Source: a virus
Taxonomy: Duplodnaviria; Heunggongvirae; Uroviricota; Caudoviricetes
Length of the DNA stretch: 50,081 nucleotides
IMG/VR virus record: IMGVR_UViG_3300017565_000017
Location: 192,779 to 242,859 of that record
Reading direction: 5' to 3' (one strand)
Positions 19,068 to 28,382 of the stretch are shown piece by piece (the first letter of the stretch is position 1; each line of letters starts with the position of its first letter). The notes below the pieces were generated by a model, which saw only the letters and a program-made list of their open reading frames with translations, had not been told where the DNA came from and did no database searches. A program made the translations under genes and the position numbers.

Positions 19068-21278
19068 TCAACCTCGTAGCATTGATGGGTGACCTTCGAC
19101 AAGTGTCGAAACCCCATTCTTCTTAACGGCAGTGTACGCAGTAGCGCCATCGTACACTTCATCGGACTTTGGTGTAATGACGATAATGGAAGGAATAATG
19201 GCGTTCATTACGTTTAGGAGCTCCTTAAACGATTCGCGCGTTTCCGTACTCATATTGGTTGCAGGTTCGTCCAGGATCAGAATGGAACTACGGCGGTTCT
19301 CAGGGACGAATGTCAATAGAGATAATACCATAACGTATGTGAACAGCCTAGACTCCGCACCCGAAAGTTTCCGGACGTCACTCACCTCTATTTTCTTACC
19401 ATAGCGCCGGTGGCATAGGAGCGCGATCTGTGACTTGTCCCAGTTAAGCTCGAAGCGGTAATTCTCTGGGAATATACGTGACGCATACTTATTCACCTGA
19501 GCCATTAGGCTGTGGCTGATGGCTTGAACTGCCATCTTACGCATCCCCTTGTCCGCGTAAGCCTGGAGCATCAGCTTCAGCAGGCGCTCATGCTGTAAAC
19601 CCTCTTCCATTTCAGACAGCCTAGCATCTAAGTCTTTTAAGCGTTGACGATAGCTACGCAGCACGCTGACCTGTGCCGTTACCTCTGCGTATTTCTCGGT
19701 CAACTCTCGCATCTTAACCGTGTAGTCTGGAACCTTCTTACCCTCAACTTCTGGATATTTTAGGAGCAAAGGTAAGCCCGGTTCCAATAGCTCCAGGCAG
19801 TGTAGGCGGTATCTATCTTCTTGAACCATGCGCTCATAGATATCCACATCCTTCTTGGGGCCAGTATAAGGTTCCGGCTCAGCGGGCAGGCTGCGCAATT
19901 CCTGTAGGGCCTCGTGAATAGGCTGCCATTTCTCAATCAGTGCCTTGTTATTCTCAATAGCCTCTAGAGACGATATACGATTATGCTCATTAGCCTCCCA
20001 GTCTTTCAGATCCCGAACGTAGTCTTCGTAAGCGTTATGGGCTGCAATAGCTTTCTTGGCGGTAGCCAGAGCCGATCTGAGCGTCTCCATATCTGCAACC
20101 TTAACTGACTGCCCGCAAGTGGGGCAAGTGCCTGAGCCAAACGTTTCTGCGTGTTCAATCTGTGATAGCAGAATATCGCGGGTGGCAATCAACTCACGTT
20201 TGTCCTGCTTGGGCTTCTTGACCTTAGTGGGCTTCTCGAGTTCCTCTGGCATTTCACGCAATCTACGAGTGTTGTCTGCCTTAGCCTGCTCGTACTTGAC
20301 ATCCAAGCGGCGGGCCTTAGCCAGCTTCTCTTCATCCGTGGCATAGATACGGGCGCGCTTACTCAGCGTGTTTACAACCTTATCGTAAGCTGCTCTGTCC
20401 CGCCTGTAGTCTGCGTAGGAGCGTGCTAGGCGCAGATCTTTCAGATTACTGGACAGAGAATCTCGTGTGTTGCCCAAAACCTCGGCAAAGGACTCCTCTG
20501 TGATAGGGGTATCCTGTAATGCAGTAAGAAGTTCTTGAATCGGTTTCTGGTTATCTTTGACGTACTCTTGGACACGTCTAAGCTCCATAGCCTGAGAATT
20601 CTTGGCCTGAATAGAATCGAGCTGCACACTCAACGTAGTGGCATCTGCCTTAAGTTCCTTAAGGGAAGCCCCACCGTGCTCCTGGATACGAGCTAGCAGA
20701 GCTTCCCGTTCTTTGCCTAGTTCTATGTAAGTGGCTTTAAGCGGCTTTAAGTCGGCCAACTCCGCCATTACCCGCTTCTTCTCCATACCGATCTTTTCTA
20801 GGTCGAAGAAGGAATCCAGGAAGTTTTTGCGCTCGGTGGAGGTTCCGCGTACCAATGGATGGTGACGCAGGCTGTCGAGGTACAAGTAGGATTCCGAATC
20901 TTCTTCGGTAAGCGGTAAGTTCTGGGCTATCCAATGCTTGGTTTCCTTAGTGGTACGACCAACAGAAGCTCCGTTCTCATCCAAAACCTGGAGCTTACTG
21001 CCCTTACGGTAAAAGGTGACCTTCTTTCCGTTAACCTCCGCTTCAACCCAACGCTCACCAGACTGCACCCGGTCCTGTGTCGTACCTAGGACCGGGGAGT
21101 CAAAAATAGTTTCTGGCAACTGCGAGAAGAAGCGGGACTTACCCGCTGCGTTACCGTTGCTAGAGGCTGCGGTTGTGCGGTTAAGTCCATAGATGACAGA
21201 CACCCCGGTCTTAAACTCGAAAGTCGAATCTCGGTAAGGTGCTACATCTTTGACACGGAGGCTACGGAAGATAATCAT
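19068..21278 (-). CDS. sbcC: SbcC/Rad50 (gp46-like) recombination ATPase
   Basis: Walker A NGNAAGKS, coiled coils, Zn hook CPTC, signature LSGAE, Walker B ILILDEP. Confidence 0.9.
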   Translation of the reverse strand: MIIFRSLRVKDVAPYRDSTFEFKTGVSVIYGLNRTTAASSNGNAAGKSRFFSQLPETIFDSPVLGTTQDRVQSGERWVEAEVNGKKVTFYRKGSKLQVLDENGASVGRTTKETKHWIAQNLPLTEEDSESYLYLDSLRHHPLVRGTSTERKNFLDSFFDLEKIGMEKKRVMAELADLKPLKATYIELGKEREALLARIQEHGGASLKELKADATTLSVQLDSIQAKNSQAMELRRVQEYVKDNQKPIQELLTALQDTPITEESFAEVLGNTRDSLSSNLKDLRLARSYADYRRDRAAYDKVVNTLSKRARIYATDEEKLAKARRLDVKYEQAKADNTRRLREMPEELEKPTKVKKPKQDKRELIATRDILLSQIEHAETFGSGTCPTCGQSVKVADMETLRSALATAKKAIAAHNAYEDYVRDLKDWEANEHNRISSLEAIENNKALIEKWQPIHEALQELRSLPAEPEPYTGPKKDVDIYERMVQEDRYRLHCLELLEPGLPLLLKYPEVEGKKVPDYTVKMRELTEKYAEVTAQVSVLRSYRQRLKDLDARLSEMEEGLQHERLLKLMLQAYADKGMRKMAVQAISHSLMAQVNKYASRIFPENYRFELNWDKSQIALLCHRRYGKKIEVSDVRKLSGAESRLFTYVMVLSLLTFVPENRRSSILILDEPATNMSTETRESFKELLNVMNAIIPSIIVITPKSDEVYDGATAYTAVKKNGVSTLVEGHPSMLRG

Positions 21279-21547
21279 GTGGTCTCGTATGCGATAATGG
21301 CGGAGGTCTTTACTGCGCTGTATTTAACACCTTTCACCAACATAAGTAGTTCCTTGTCGGCTTCGAACCAGACTCGGGTTCCTTGAGGGTAAGTGGTGTC
21401 CCAGGAAGCATGCGTAACAATACCGGAAACTACCGGAACCGCTAGGCTTAGACCCAGAGCAATCGCGTATTCAGGCTGATCCTGATCATCTAGTTCAGGA
21501 CGGTCGTCTACATCGACAATAATATAGTTCTTAGATGAATGAATCAT
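21275..21547 (-). CDS. GroES-like co-chaperonin
   Basis: 90 aa; N-terminal strand YIIVDV, mobile-loop-like segment, G.V...GTRVWF...VKGVKYSAVKTSAIIA matches the GroES layout (GDxVxF...GxxYxxL..xDIxA). Confidence 0.6.
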   Translation of the reverse strand: MIHSSKNYIIVDVDDRPELDDQDQPEYAIALGLSLAVPVVSGIVTHASWDTTYPQGTRVWFEADKELLMLVKGVKYSAVKTSAIIAYETT

Positions 21548-21548
21548 G

Positions 21549-22502
21549 TCAGGCCACCCGTGCTAGTAGAATTTTGTTTAGGTCTACGGCCATAGAAACA
21601 GTGCGGCTAATAACCCAACCGCGACCCGGTAGGTAGTCCGTATTGATAGAGATAGGGTCTACCGGATTGATACCACGGTCGGTCACTTGGCCGGAGTCTT
21701 CTCCAACGTAGATAAGGATATCCTCATCTTCCAGGAAGCGCATGTGCTTGGGGCGACCGGCATCGGAGAACACCGGCACCGAGATATCATCAGCGTAGGA
21801 CCAGCGGCCAATGTATCCAGAGTACCACTTTGTCTTGGAAATCGACAAGTCACGCACTACACCACGGATACGCATCATCATGTCGGAGCTTACGAGAAGC
21901 TCTGTGTTCTCTGGGAGCTTACCACCAAAGCGAGACGCAAAGCGATGCAGGGCCGCGTTGATAAGCTCTTTAGGCGTAGGCTCATAGGCTACTGAGAGCA
22001 GGAACTTGTCCGAGTGTACTTGCAGGTTCTGATACAGGATGCGTTCTTCCTGAGCAGATAGAGCTTCTACCGCCTCAGCTTCAAGGTCGGCAGCCTGTTT
22101 GAAGGGCTTTGCGCCCATTTCTTCCTTTAGAGTATCGACCCAGTCTGACGAATTAACAAACGGGCGGGAAATCAAAAGACTTTCCTTCGGAATTCTCCCG
22201 GGAAATTCAGTTGGAATAAGTTCTGCGTGCCCAAGTGACTCAGATTCTTGCAGAAACTCAAGGTGTGAGCACCGATACGCACCAGAGGGTCCCTCAAACA
22301 AGTAAAGTCCATCGGCGTAGTCACACGGATATGGCAGAACACCATTCGGTAATGTCACAGACTTCATAATACGGCGCACGAAGTTATTGGCCGCGATGTA
22401 GTTAACTCGATTGGCAATAGCCTTCCCGACGCGACGGTGTGCGGCGGGGCTAGTCAGGATTGATTTGATACTGGTTTTAAGCGGACGGAGATCCATAGTC
22501 AT
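21549..22502 (-). CDS. major-capsid-protein-like paralog (HK97 fold)
   Basis: EALSAQEERIL backbone-helix-like segment; GYIG...VFSDAGRP; TDRGI.....PGRGWVISRTVSMAV C-terminus resembles large-myovirus MCPs (recalled, not searched). Confidence 0.6.
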   Translation of the reverse strand: MTMDLRPLKTSIKSILTSPAAHRRVGKAIANRVNYIAANNFVRRIMKSVTLPNGVLPYPCDYADGLYLFEGPSGAYRCSHLEFLQESESLGHAELIPTEFPGRIPKESLLISRPFVNSSDWVDTLKEEMGAKPFKQAADLEAEAVEALSAQEERILYQNLQVHSDKFLLSVAYEPTPKELINAALHRFASRFGGKLPENTELLVSSDMMMRIRGVVRDLSISKTKWYSGYIGRWSYADDISVPVFSDAGRPKHMRFLEDEDILIYVGEDSGQVTDRGINPVDPISINTDYLPGRGWVISRTVSMAVDLNKILLARVA

Positions 22503-22717
22503 TTTTTATCCTTAGACTTAGCATAGCGGGTCCGCTCACGCTCGGCAGCTTCAGATACTGTACGAGCAATCTTTTGGTAAGCAAGAACACGCTGCTTTTC
22601 GGGGTCATCGTCAGGGTCCAACGTGTACGTCTCAGTGATCCCGATCGTAACCGTTTCATACGGTGCGGTCTGAATGATACGTTTGACTTCAACTGTCAGT
22701 TCCTTGACTTTTCGCAT
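22499..22717 (-). CDS. hypothetical protein
   Basis: 72-aa ORF, GAGG RBS; TAPYETVTI motif. Confidence 0.65.
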   Translation of the reverse strand: MRKVKELTVEVKRIIQTAPYETVTIGITETYTLDPDDDPEKQRVLAYQKIARTVSEAAERERTRYAKSKDKK

Positions 22718-22719
22718 AA

Positions 22720-23244
22720 TTACCTCTGGTTTCCACCAGCCTTTATGTCGGCCAGTGATCGGTATTTAGCCCCTCTGTAAGCAGCGCGCAAAGCTAGGTT
22801 CAGAAGTACGTCTTTGTCAACCTCACGTTTACGCGCTTTGCGAGCAAACTTGAGGGCTGACTGTGGATTTTCGGGGTCCACAATGACAATTACGCCGACC
22901 TCCGGACCAAATTCCCAAGTAGGGCTCAGGCTATCCCACGTCTTTTGATCGAACGCGAAATAGAACTGATTGCAAAAGGGTAAGTACCCTTCCCACTTAG
23001 TGTCGGTACGAAAGTCGGCGCGACAGGATTTTACTTCGACTATGGTTATATGACCTTTGAACGTCATAACAAACACATCCGCCCGCAACTTACCCCAAGA
23101 GGATACTGCGAGCTCGAAGTTAACACCAGATTTCTTCTTGGCATAATAACGAGCAACTCTGAGTTTGATCGCATCTGCCGTAGCCTTGCGCGCCGATACA
23201 GGGACTACCGGCTTATTAACGGTTTTCCTTGCGCGGCGGGCCAT
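22720..23244 (-). CDS. MmcB-like PD-(D/E)xK endonuclease
   Basis: RADV...IVEVKSCRADFRTDTKWEGYLPFCNQFYFA; likely start ATG at 23244. Confidence 0.8.
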   Translation of the reverse strand: MARRARKTVNKPVVPVSARKATADAIKLRVARYYAKKKSGVNFELAVSSWGKLRADVFVMTFKGHITIVEVKSCRADFRTDTKWEGYLPFCNQFYFAFDQKTWDSLSPTWEFGPEVGVIVIVDPENPQSALKFARKARKREVDKDVLLNLALRAAYRGAKYRSLADIKAGGNQR

Positions 23245-23245
23245 A

Positions 23246-23686
23246 TTAGCGCTCCAAACGGACGGAGGCACTGCGGATAAGGTTGCCGTCCTGGTCATAC
23301 GCACCAACAGCGATCACGTCATCCGGTACAGCATTGCGGAGTGCAGGGTTCGTAGCAGAGGTAAACACATCAGCCCCAAAGATCCGACCGAGCTCCCCGT
23401 CTTTAAGACGGCTATGGCGCGCTACAGGGTCCAGCACTGCCAGAAACTCAGGACTATCACCCATAGTCAGGTGATGGTACACGTCGTAACCTATAGCAAT
23501 AGCATACGACTTGGCTTCCGGAACCTTTTCTCGCACCAGGGTGTACGTCTGGGTCATGAACTTGAAGGGGTGCAGGTCGTCTACACCCTCAGTTGCCATC
23601 TGTTCCTTGTCGTAGGTCAAGCGCTTGGAGCTGACTACCATTTCGGTTAGACGAATGGCGGTTGATACAAAAGCTGAGTCATTCAT
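23246..23686 (-). CDS. capsid A-domain-like small protein
   Basis: IGYDVY...EFLAVLDPVARHSRLKDGELGRIFGADVFTSA resembles the MCP A-domain segment. Confidence 0.55.
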   Translation of the reverse strand: MNDSAFVSTAIRLTEMVVSSKRLTYDKEQMATEGVDDLHPFKFMTQTYTLVREKVPEAKSYAIAIGYDVYHHLTMGDSPEFLAVLDPVARHSRLKDGELGRIFGADVFTSATNPALRNAVPDDVIAVGAYDQDGNLIRSASVRLER

Positions 23687-24537
23687 GGTTGATACTCTTT
23701 GATGGTTTTAATCAGCAGATCATCATACTCGGCGATACCTGCGGGGCTATCCGTGTATGGCTTGGCACATTGTAAGGCGCTGCGCATCTGGTCAACGGCT
23801 GCCAACAGATCAGCATCCGGTCGAGTACCGGCCTTCTTATGTTGGTAGAGTCGCTCAAACAGGTTGGGCAGGTTTAAATGCGCAAAGCCAGGGCCAGCCT
23901 CGGGCATGGGGCTAGTAAGGCTTTGCGCGGTCTGTGCGCTGGCTATAAGGGCGCGTATAGGCACCGGGGGCATAATGCCTAGGCGAATCTTTACCCAGGC
24001 CGCTAAAAAGCAGCGAAAGGCGTACAAGGCGCGTTTAGCCGAGCGGCCTTCTGAGTCATCGATCTGGAGTAGGGTCTTGCTACCCATTTCCAGGTAATGA
24101 TGGAACACCGGCCCCACACGCCGATACTTATTCATCAGCTCACTAATCTGCATGCCAATGCCAAGGTCGCGGTATACGATAGGGCTATTCACCCACTCGT
24201 GGATCATCGCGTTGTTACGCCATGCGTATCGCATAACCTTGTGAATAGCCCACCCCTCCATATCAATCTCAAGATCGGAAGTAACAGGCCACCCGGAAGT
24301 GTTGCGGTCCAGGGTCTCTGGGGATTTATCTAACGAGAAGTAGGTGGACTCCTTAGGTACGTAGATAAAGCGCACATCGTAGTCGCTATCTTTAGTAGAG
24401 AACCCCCAACTGCGGGAGCCCTGTTCGACCGCCATAATAATCCGCACCCCATACTGTTCCTCGATGCGGATTATGTTCTTCGTGATCTCTTGCTCAGGCG
24501 TAGCGTATAATTCAGGATGGGTTGCACGGGAGACCAT
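23683..24537 (-). CDS. Pol-beta superfamily nucleotidyltransferase (YcgL/NrdC.11-like)
   Basis: EQGSRSWGFSTKDSDYDVRFIY; EWVNSPIVY; HHYL. Confidence 0.85.
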   Translation of the reverse strand: MVSRATHPELYATPEQEITKNIIRIEEQYGVRIIMAVEQGSRSWGFSTKDSDYDVRFIYVPKESTYFSLDKSPETLDRNTSGWPVTSDLEIDMEGWAIHKVMRYAWRNNAMIHEWVNSPIVYRDLGIGMQISELMNKYRRVGPVFHHYLEMGSKTLLQIDDSEGRSAKRALYAFRCFLAAWVKIRLGIMPPVPIRALIASAQTAQSLTSPMPEAGPGFAHLNLPNLFERLYQHKKAGTRPDADLLAAVDQMRSALQCAKPYTDSPAGIAEYDDLLIKTIKEYQP

Positions 24538-24995
24538 TAGTTAATTCCGGTGGATGGGTAGTGCCATGTGAGTGGGGTTAGGTGTACACAGACAGAGCCG
24601 ACAACCGCCTGATCATCCATAGCCATGATGTAAAGGCAGTTCGGAGGCAGAACAGTTTCGTCATTAGACCACAGATAATCGCTGACCACGGGTATGGTAG
24701 CGCCCTTGGATTCGACTATGCCTAGGATACCGGCCTTCGCGCTTTCATCATCAGAGAGTGTCACAATCTTAAGAAAGTCAGGGTCGGAGGCTAGGTCCAT
24801 ATAAGAAGAACCTACCAGTGCGTAATACTTGAAATTCTGGGAGTCGATAGTACCCAACTTGTCCAGAGCAAGCTGGAACACCCCTAGAGACATTGTCTGG
24901 TCAAATACCTGTACATGCTCTGCCTTCTGTTGAAGGGCTGCGTTAAGCAGGGTCTTGGAAGCGGTCTTTACGGTACTAAGATCGGGAGTAGTCAT
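24537..24995 (-). CDS. capsid A-domain-like small protein
   Basis: Y.DLASDPDFL...AGILG...IPVVSDY...VLPPNCLYIM aligns by eye with the 23246 and 21549 ORFs. Confidence 0.45.
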   Translation of the reverse strand: MTTPDLSTVKTASKTLLNAALQQKAEHVQVFDQTMSLGVFQLALDKLGTIDSQNFKYYALVGSSYMDLASDPDFLKIVTLSDDESAKAGILGIVESKGATIPVVSDYLWSNDETVLPPNCLYIMAMDDQAVVGSVCVHLTPLTWHYPSTGIN

Positions 24996-25396
24996 GCATC
25001 ATCTTCCTCTCCAAAGTCTAATCCACGGCGAGCCGGGTTGACCTGGATACGTGTAGCAGGGGCAGCTCTGGGCGCTGAGGCAGCCGTAGGCTTGGGGTCT
25101 TTCGACTCTAGTGTTCCAAGTTCTACAGATTCCGCCATAGTCACCTTGAGGCCCTGTAGTTTTTGGGCCATCCACTTCTGAGCTAGTTCGTCAGGTACTT
25201 CTACACCTAACTCGCTAGTAAGGGCATCCATAACAGCAACTAGCTGATAGAATTCCTTTAGAAGCTTTTGAATATTCTTTGGCTCATTTCTGTAAGCGTT
25301 CGTGAGGCCGAACCGGAGGCATTTACCTACCTCCTGCCCGACCTCACTTGCTTCTTCGCCTACACATGCCAATAGATAGTCTAGGCGACTTAACAT
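24992..25396 (-). CDS. MazG-like nucleotide pyrophosphohydrolase
   Basis: EEASEVGQEVGKCLRFG...KE motif. Confidence 0.65.
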   Translation of the reverse strand: MLSRLDYLLACVGEEASEVGQEVGKCLRFGLTNAYRNEPKNIQKLLKEFYQLVAVMDALTSELGVEVPDELAQKWMAQKLQGLKVTMAESVELGTLESKDPKPTAASAPRAAPATRIQVNPARRGLDFGEEDDA

Positions 25397-26244
25397 TAGC
25401 TGACTACTCGCAGTTTGTGAGGGTTGCGCTCGCGTTCACGTTCCTGAGCTTCCAGGTAATTTTCGCTCGCAATGATCCAAGAACGTACAAAGCCCGAACG
25501 CACGATATCGTAGCGGTCAAACTCAACAAGTGTGAACTTGGGGAGGTCGCGGATAATTTCCTTGAAGATGGGCAGGCCAGAAGGCTGGCGCTTGTCCAAG
25601 TCCAGTTGGCGCTTATCCCCCATGATAACCAGACGGCTCTCTTCACCGAGGCGGCTCAGTACCGTATCCAGTTCACGGAACTCACAGTTCTGAGCCTCAT
25701 CGAGAATAACAACCGCGTTATCGAAGGTAACGCCACGCAGGAATGACGTGGAATGGAATTCCACCAGACCTGCTTCTTTCATGTCTTTGTAAGAGGAAGC
25801 CCGACCTAGGCGGCGTGCGAAGGCGTCGGCGTATGGCTGCTCGTAGGCAGCCAGTTTTTCAGCAAGATCCCCAGGAAGAAAACCAAGATCGCGGCCTTGC
25901 ACCGCAGATCGAACGATAATAATCTTGTCAATCGGATCGTCCTTACGGAGCAGAGCCGAAAGCGCAAGATAAACAGCCAGTTCGGTCTTACCCGTACCGG
26001 TAGAGCCCAGCAGTGCTAGATTGTCACCCCCAATCCAGTTAGTGATTGCTGTAGCCTGTTTGTCGTTCTTTGGCCGCAACGGTATCAAGTCATGGACAGA
26101 CCAGGACTTTTTACGCGGGCCTTCTGTGCGAGCGCTAGTATCAGCCTCGTACAGTTGCAAATCCATCTCTTCAGACCGGGCACGACGCCCTTTGATCTTT
26201 TTAGAGGGGCGCGTAACTGCGGTTCGCATGGACTTTCTCTTCAT
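25396..26244 (-). CDS. phoH: PhoH-like ATPase
   Basis: GSTGTGKT, LGFLPGDL.EK, FLRGVTF, DEAQN, SRLG, GD..Q.D, DIVRS; start at 26244 with AAGGA RBS. Confidence 0.93.
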   Translation of the reverse strand: MKRKSMRTAVTRPSKKIKGRRARSEEMDLQLYEADTSARTEGPRKKSWSVHDLIPLRPKNDKQATAITNWIGGDNLALLGSTGTGKTELAVYLALSALLRKDDPIDKIIIVRSAVQGRDLGFLPGDLAEKLAAYEQPYADAFARRLGRASSYKDMKEAGLVEFHSTSFLRGVTFDNAVVILDEAQNCEFRELDTVLSRLGEESRLVIMGDKRQLDLDKRQPSGLPIFKEIIRDLPKFTLVEFDRYDIVRSGFVRSWIIASENYLEAQERERERNPHKLRVVS

Positions 26245-26284
26245 GGGGTGCTTCCTTATGGGCGGAATGCCCGTTGCTACTTGC

Positions 26285-27391
26285 TCAATCTGAGCCGTGA
26301 ATCTGAACGATAGCCGTGTAAAGGCGAGCAGCAATAAGCTCTGGAGCACTGATCCCAGGATTACCTAGTTCGATTCGTAGGTTGGTCAGAGCTACATTAA
26401 CCGCCGCCAAGATGTTGATAGGCACTGGATTCTTCTTCGTACGATCAGAGATTGCACGATTAAGGGGAGCCCAATGCTTGAGCTCCGGGTGGTTGCTGCC
26501 GTTCAGTGCAGCTTTGTACATGAGGTAGGAATTTGCCCAGAGCAACTTCTGGACGAACATGAACCCATCCTTCACATCCAACAATGCCTTGACCACCCGA
26601 TCAAATTTGCCGCTGTACGTACCGATTAGGACCTCAAGCGCTTGATCGTCGTCGGATGTAGCAACGGACCGCAACACACCTGAAATAAACTCCGGAGTTA
26701 GGCGCTTGGGTTTATCTTCAAGACCATCGTAATACTGCTGGACTCCTTGCATAACGTTTGCGAGGGTACGCATTTCGCGACCGGCAGCTTGGACGATATC
26801 GTTAAGGATTGGACGCGCATACAGCATGTCTTCACCCTTAGCAATGCGTTTGGCTTGCTTCAGCAGATCCTCATCGGTGTGAGGCTCTAGATTAAACTGA
26901 GACAACCGCGTCAGCATAGCCTTACCTTCTATGGTAGTGCCAAACTTGAGGGGCTCCATCGAACACAGGATCCAAATAGTGTTCTTGGAAGGTTCCTCCA
27001 AAGGCTTTAGGAGGGCTTGCGCGGCTTGCTTATTTGACAGAAGCTGTTGAGCTTCATCGATGACGATCACACGGTACTGGCTATGTGTTGGACGGAACTT
27101 GCTAATCTGCACAAGCTTACGGACATCATCGATTGTCTTCTGATCTGCGGCGTTGATCTCGGTGTAGTCTCCGTGCATCAACTGCACAGAGGCAACTCCG
27201 TTAATCTCTGCGGCAAACGCACGGGCCAGCGTGGTCTTACCGGCAGACGGCGGACCAAAGAACCCCAGGGCGTTAGGAACCTTGCCACTTGCTACCAATC
27301 CCTTGAGGCGCGTTACTACAGTCTCGTGACCAATAAGGCGACGCAAGGTGCGGGGACGGTACTTCAGATGAAAGGCTTTAGAATCTGTCAT
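26285..27391 (-). CDS. clamp loader large subunit (DnaX gamma/tau-like AAA+)
   Basis: KYRP, LIGHE, GPPSAGKTT, EINAA, IDEAQ, LLKPLEEP. Confidence 0.9.
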   Translation of the reverse strand: MTDSKAFHLKYRPRTLRRLIGHETVVTRLKGLVASGKVPNALGFFGPPSAGKTTLARAFAAEINGVASVQLMHGDYTEINAADQKTIDDVRKLVQISKFRPTHSQYRVIVIDEAQQLLSNKQAAQALLKPLEEPSKNTIWILCSMEPLKFGTTIEGKAMLTRLSQFNLEPHTDEDLLKQAKRIAKGEDMLYARPILNDIVQAAGREMRTLANVMQGVQQYYDGLEDKPKRLTPEFISGVLRSVATSDDDQALEVLIGTYSGKFDRVVKALLDVKDGFMFVQKLLWANSYLMYKAALNGSNHPELKHWAPLNRAISDRTKKNPVPINILAAVNVALTNLRIELGNPGISAPELIAARLYTAIVQIHGSD

Positions 27392-27642
27392 TTTGTAGTG
27401 GCTTCTCCGACCCAGACGGTATTGGGGTCGTTGTCATCTCGAATCATTTCCAGGCCGAACTCTAGGGTTTGCACCTTAGTCCAGTCTGGTATTAGGGCTT
27501 TGTTGTAGGTCAGGCGGTGGGTGCCGTCCTTAAGACGATCCAGATGGAAGACGAAATCCGCCTTGTCCGAATTAATGGCTGTGACTCGGCTGATCTCAAA
27601 CACCTGATCTGTACCAACAATGCGCAGGGCGCGACGGGGCAT
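27388..27642 (-). CDS. hypothetical protein
   Basis: 84-aa ORF, AGGAG RBS. Confidence 0.7.
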   Translation of the reverse strand: MPRRALRIVGTDQVFEISRVTAINSDKADFVFHLDRLKDGTHRLTYNKALIPDWTKVQTLEFGLEMIRDDNDPNTVWVGEATTK

Positions 27643-27670
27643 ACCTACTCCTGTGAACCAAACCCTGTAT

Positions 27671-28081
27671 TTACAGGTTGATAGTGCTTATCGACAGCAT
27701 ACCGTTTTCTTTAAGCCAGAACTCTAGACCGCTGCTATCCACTGCGTCGTGCCACTGAAAGAGCACAACCCCTTGGATACCCTGCATGTTACTGATGTAG
27801 ACTGGATTAGCCATCACCGTGTAGCTGCTCAACAGACCCGCGTCCTTATCCTTCTGCAAGATATCTGACAGAGCATGTATCAAGGCTCGAGCTCCAATGT
27901 CGTCCAGCATCTGCACATCGAAGCACGTTGCGCAGCGGGTTACTAACTTAGCCACGTGGCCCGCGTAACGTTCAATCGAGTCTGGAGTAGGAGCACCGGA
28001 TGCTGCATCTTCCTCAGCAAGTTTCACTAGAGCTTCTTTTAGGTTGTATTCCACGGTGTACAGCATTTCTACTCGTACCAT
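27671..28081 (-). CDS. hypothetical protein
   Basis: 136-aa ORF in operon. Confidence 0.65.
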   Translation of the reverse strand: MVRVEMLYTVEYNLKEALVKLAEEDAASGAPTPDSIERYAGHVAKLVTRCATCFDVQMLDDIGARALIHALSDILQKDKDAGLLSSYTVMANPVYISNMQGIQGVVLFQWHDAVDSSGLEFWLKENGMLSISTINL

Positions 28082-28088
28082 TCCGGCT

Positions 28089-28382
28089 TCACTTTAAAAG
28101 AGTTGGCGGTTTCCAGCCACTGGTTAGACTGAATTCGTATTCAATGCGAAAGTCGCTAGGACTACTCGACTCTTTACGGCTCAGTAGCGCACAGCGGTGG
28201 ATACACAGATCGCTGACTTGCTCTATAGTATAAGACAACAGAGTTTGTAGGTCATACGAGAAACACAAAGGATTCCAATTAAGAAACGGAAACCGAGCTC
28301 CCTCTGAGAACCTTGCTATGTAGTATAGCGTGGGACTTTCAGGTGGAGCTGCTTTCTTTGGAGGAGGCCACTTTTTTGCCAT
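28089..28382 (-). CDS. hypothetical protein
   Basis: Likely start MAKKW at 28382 with GAGG RBS. Confidence 0.55.
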   Translation of the reverse strand: MAKKWPPPKKAAPPESPTLYYIARFSEGARFPFLNWNPLCFSYDLQTLLSYTIEQVSDLCIHRCALLSRKESSSPSDFRIEYEFSLTSGWKPPTLLK

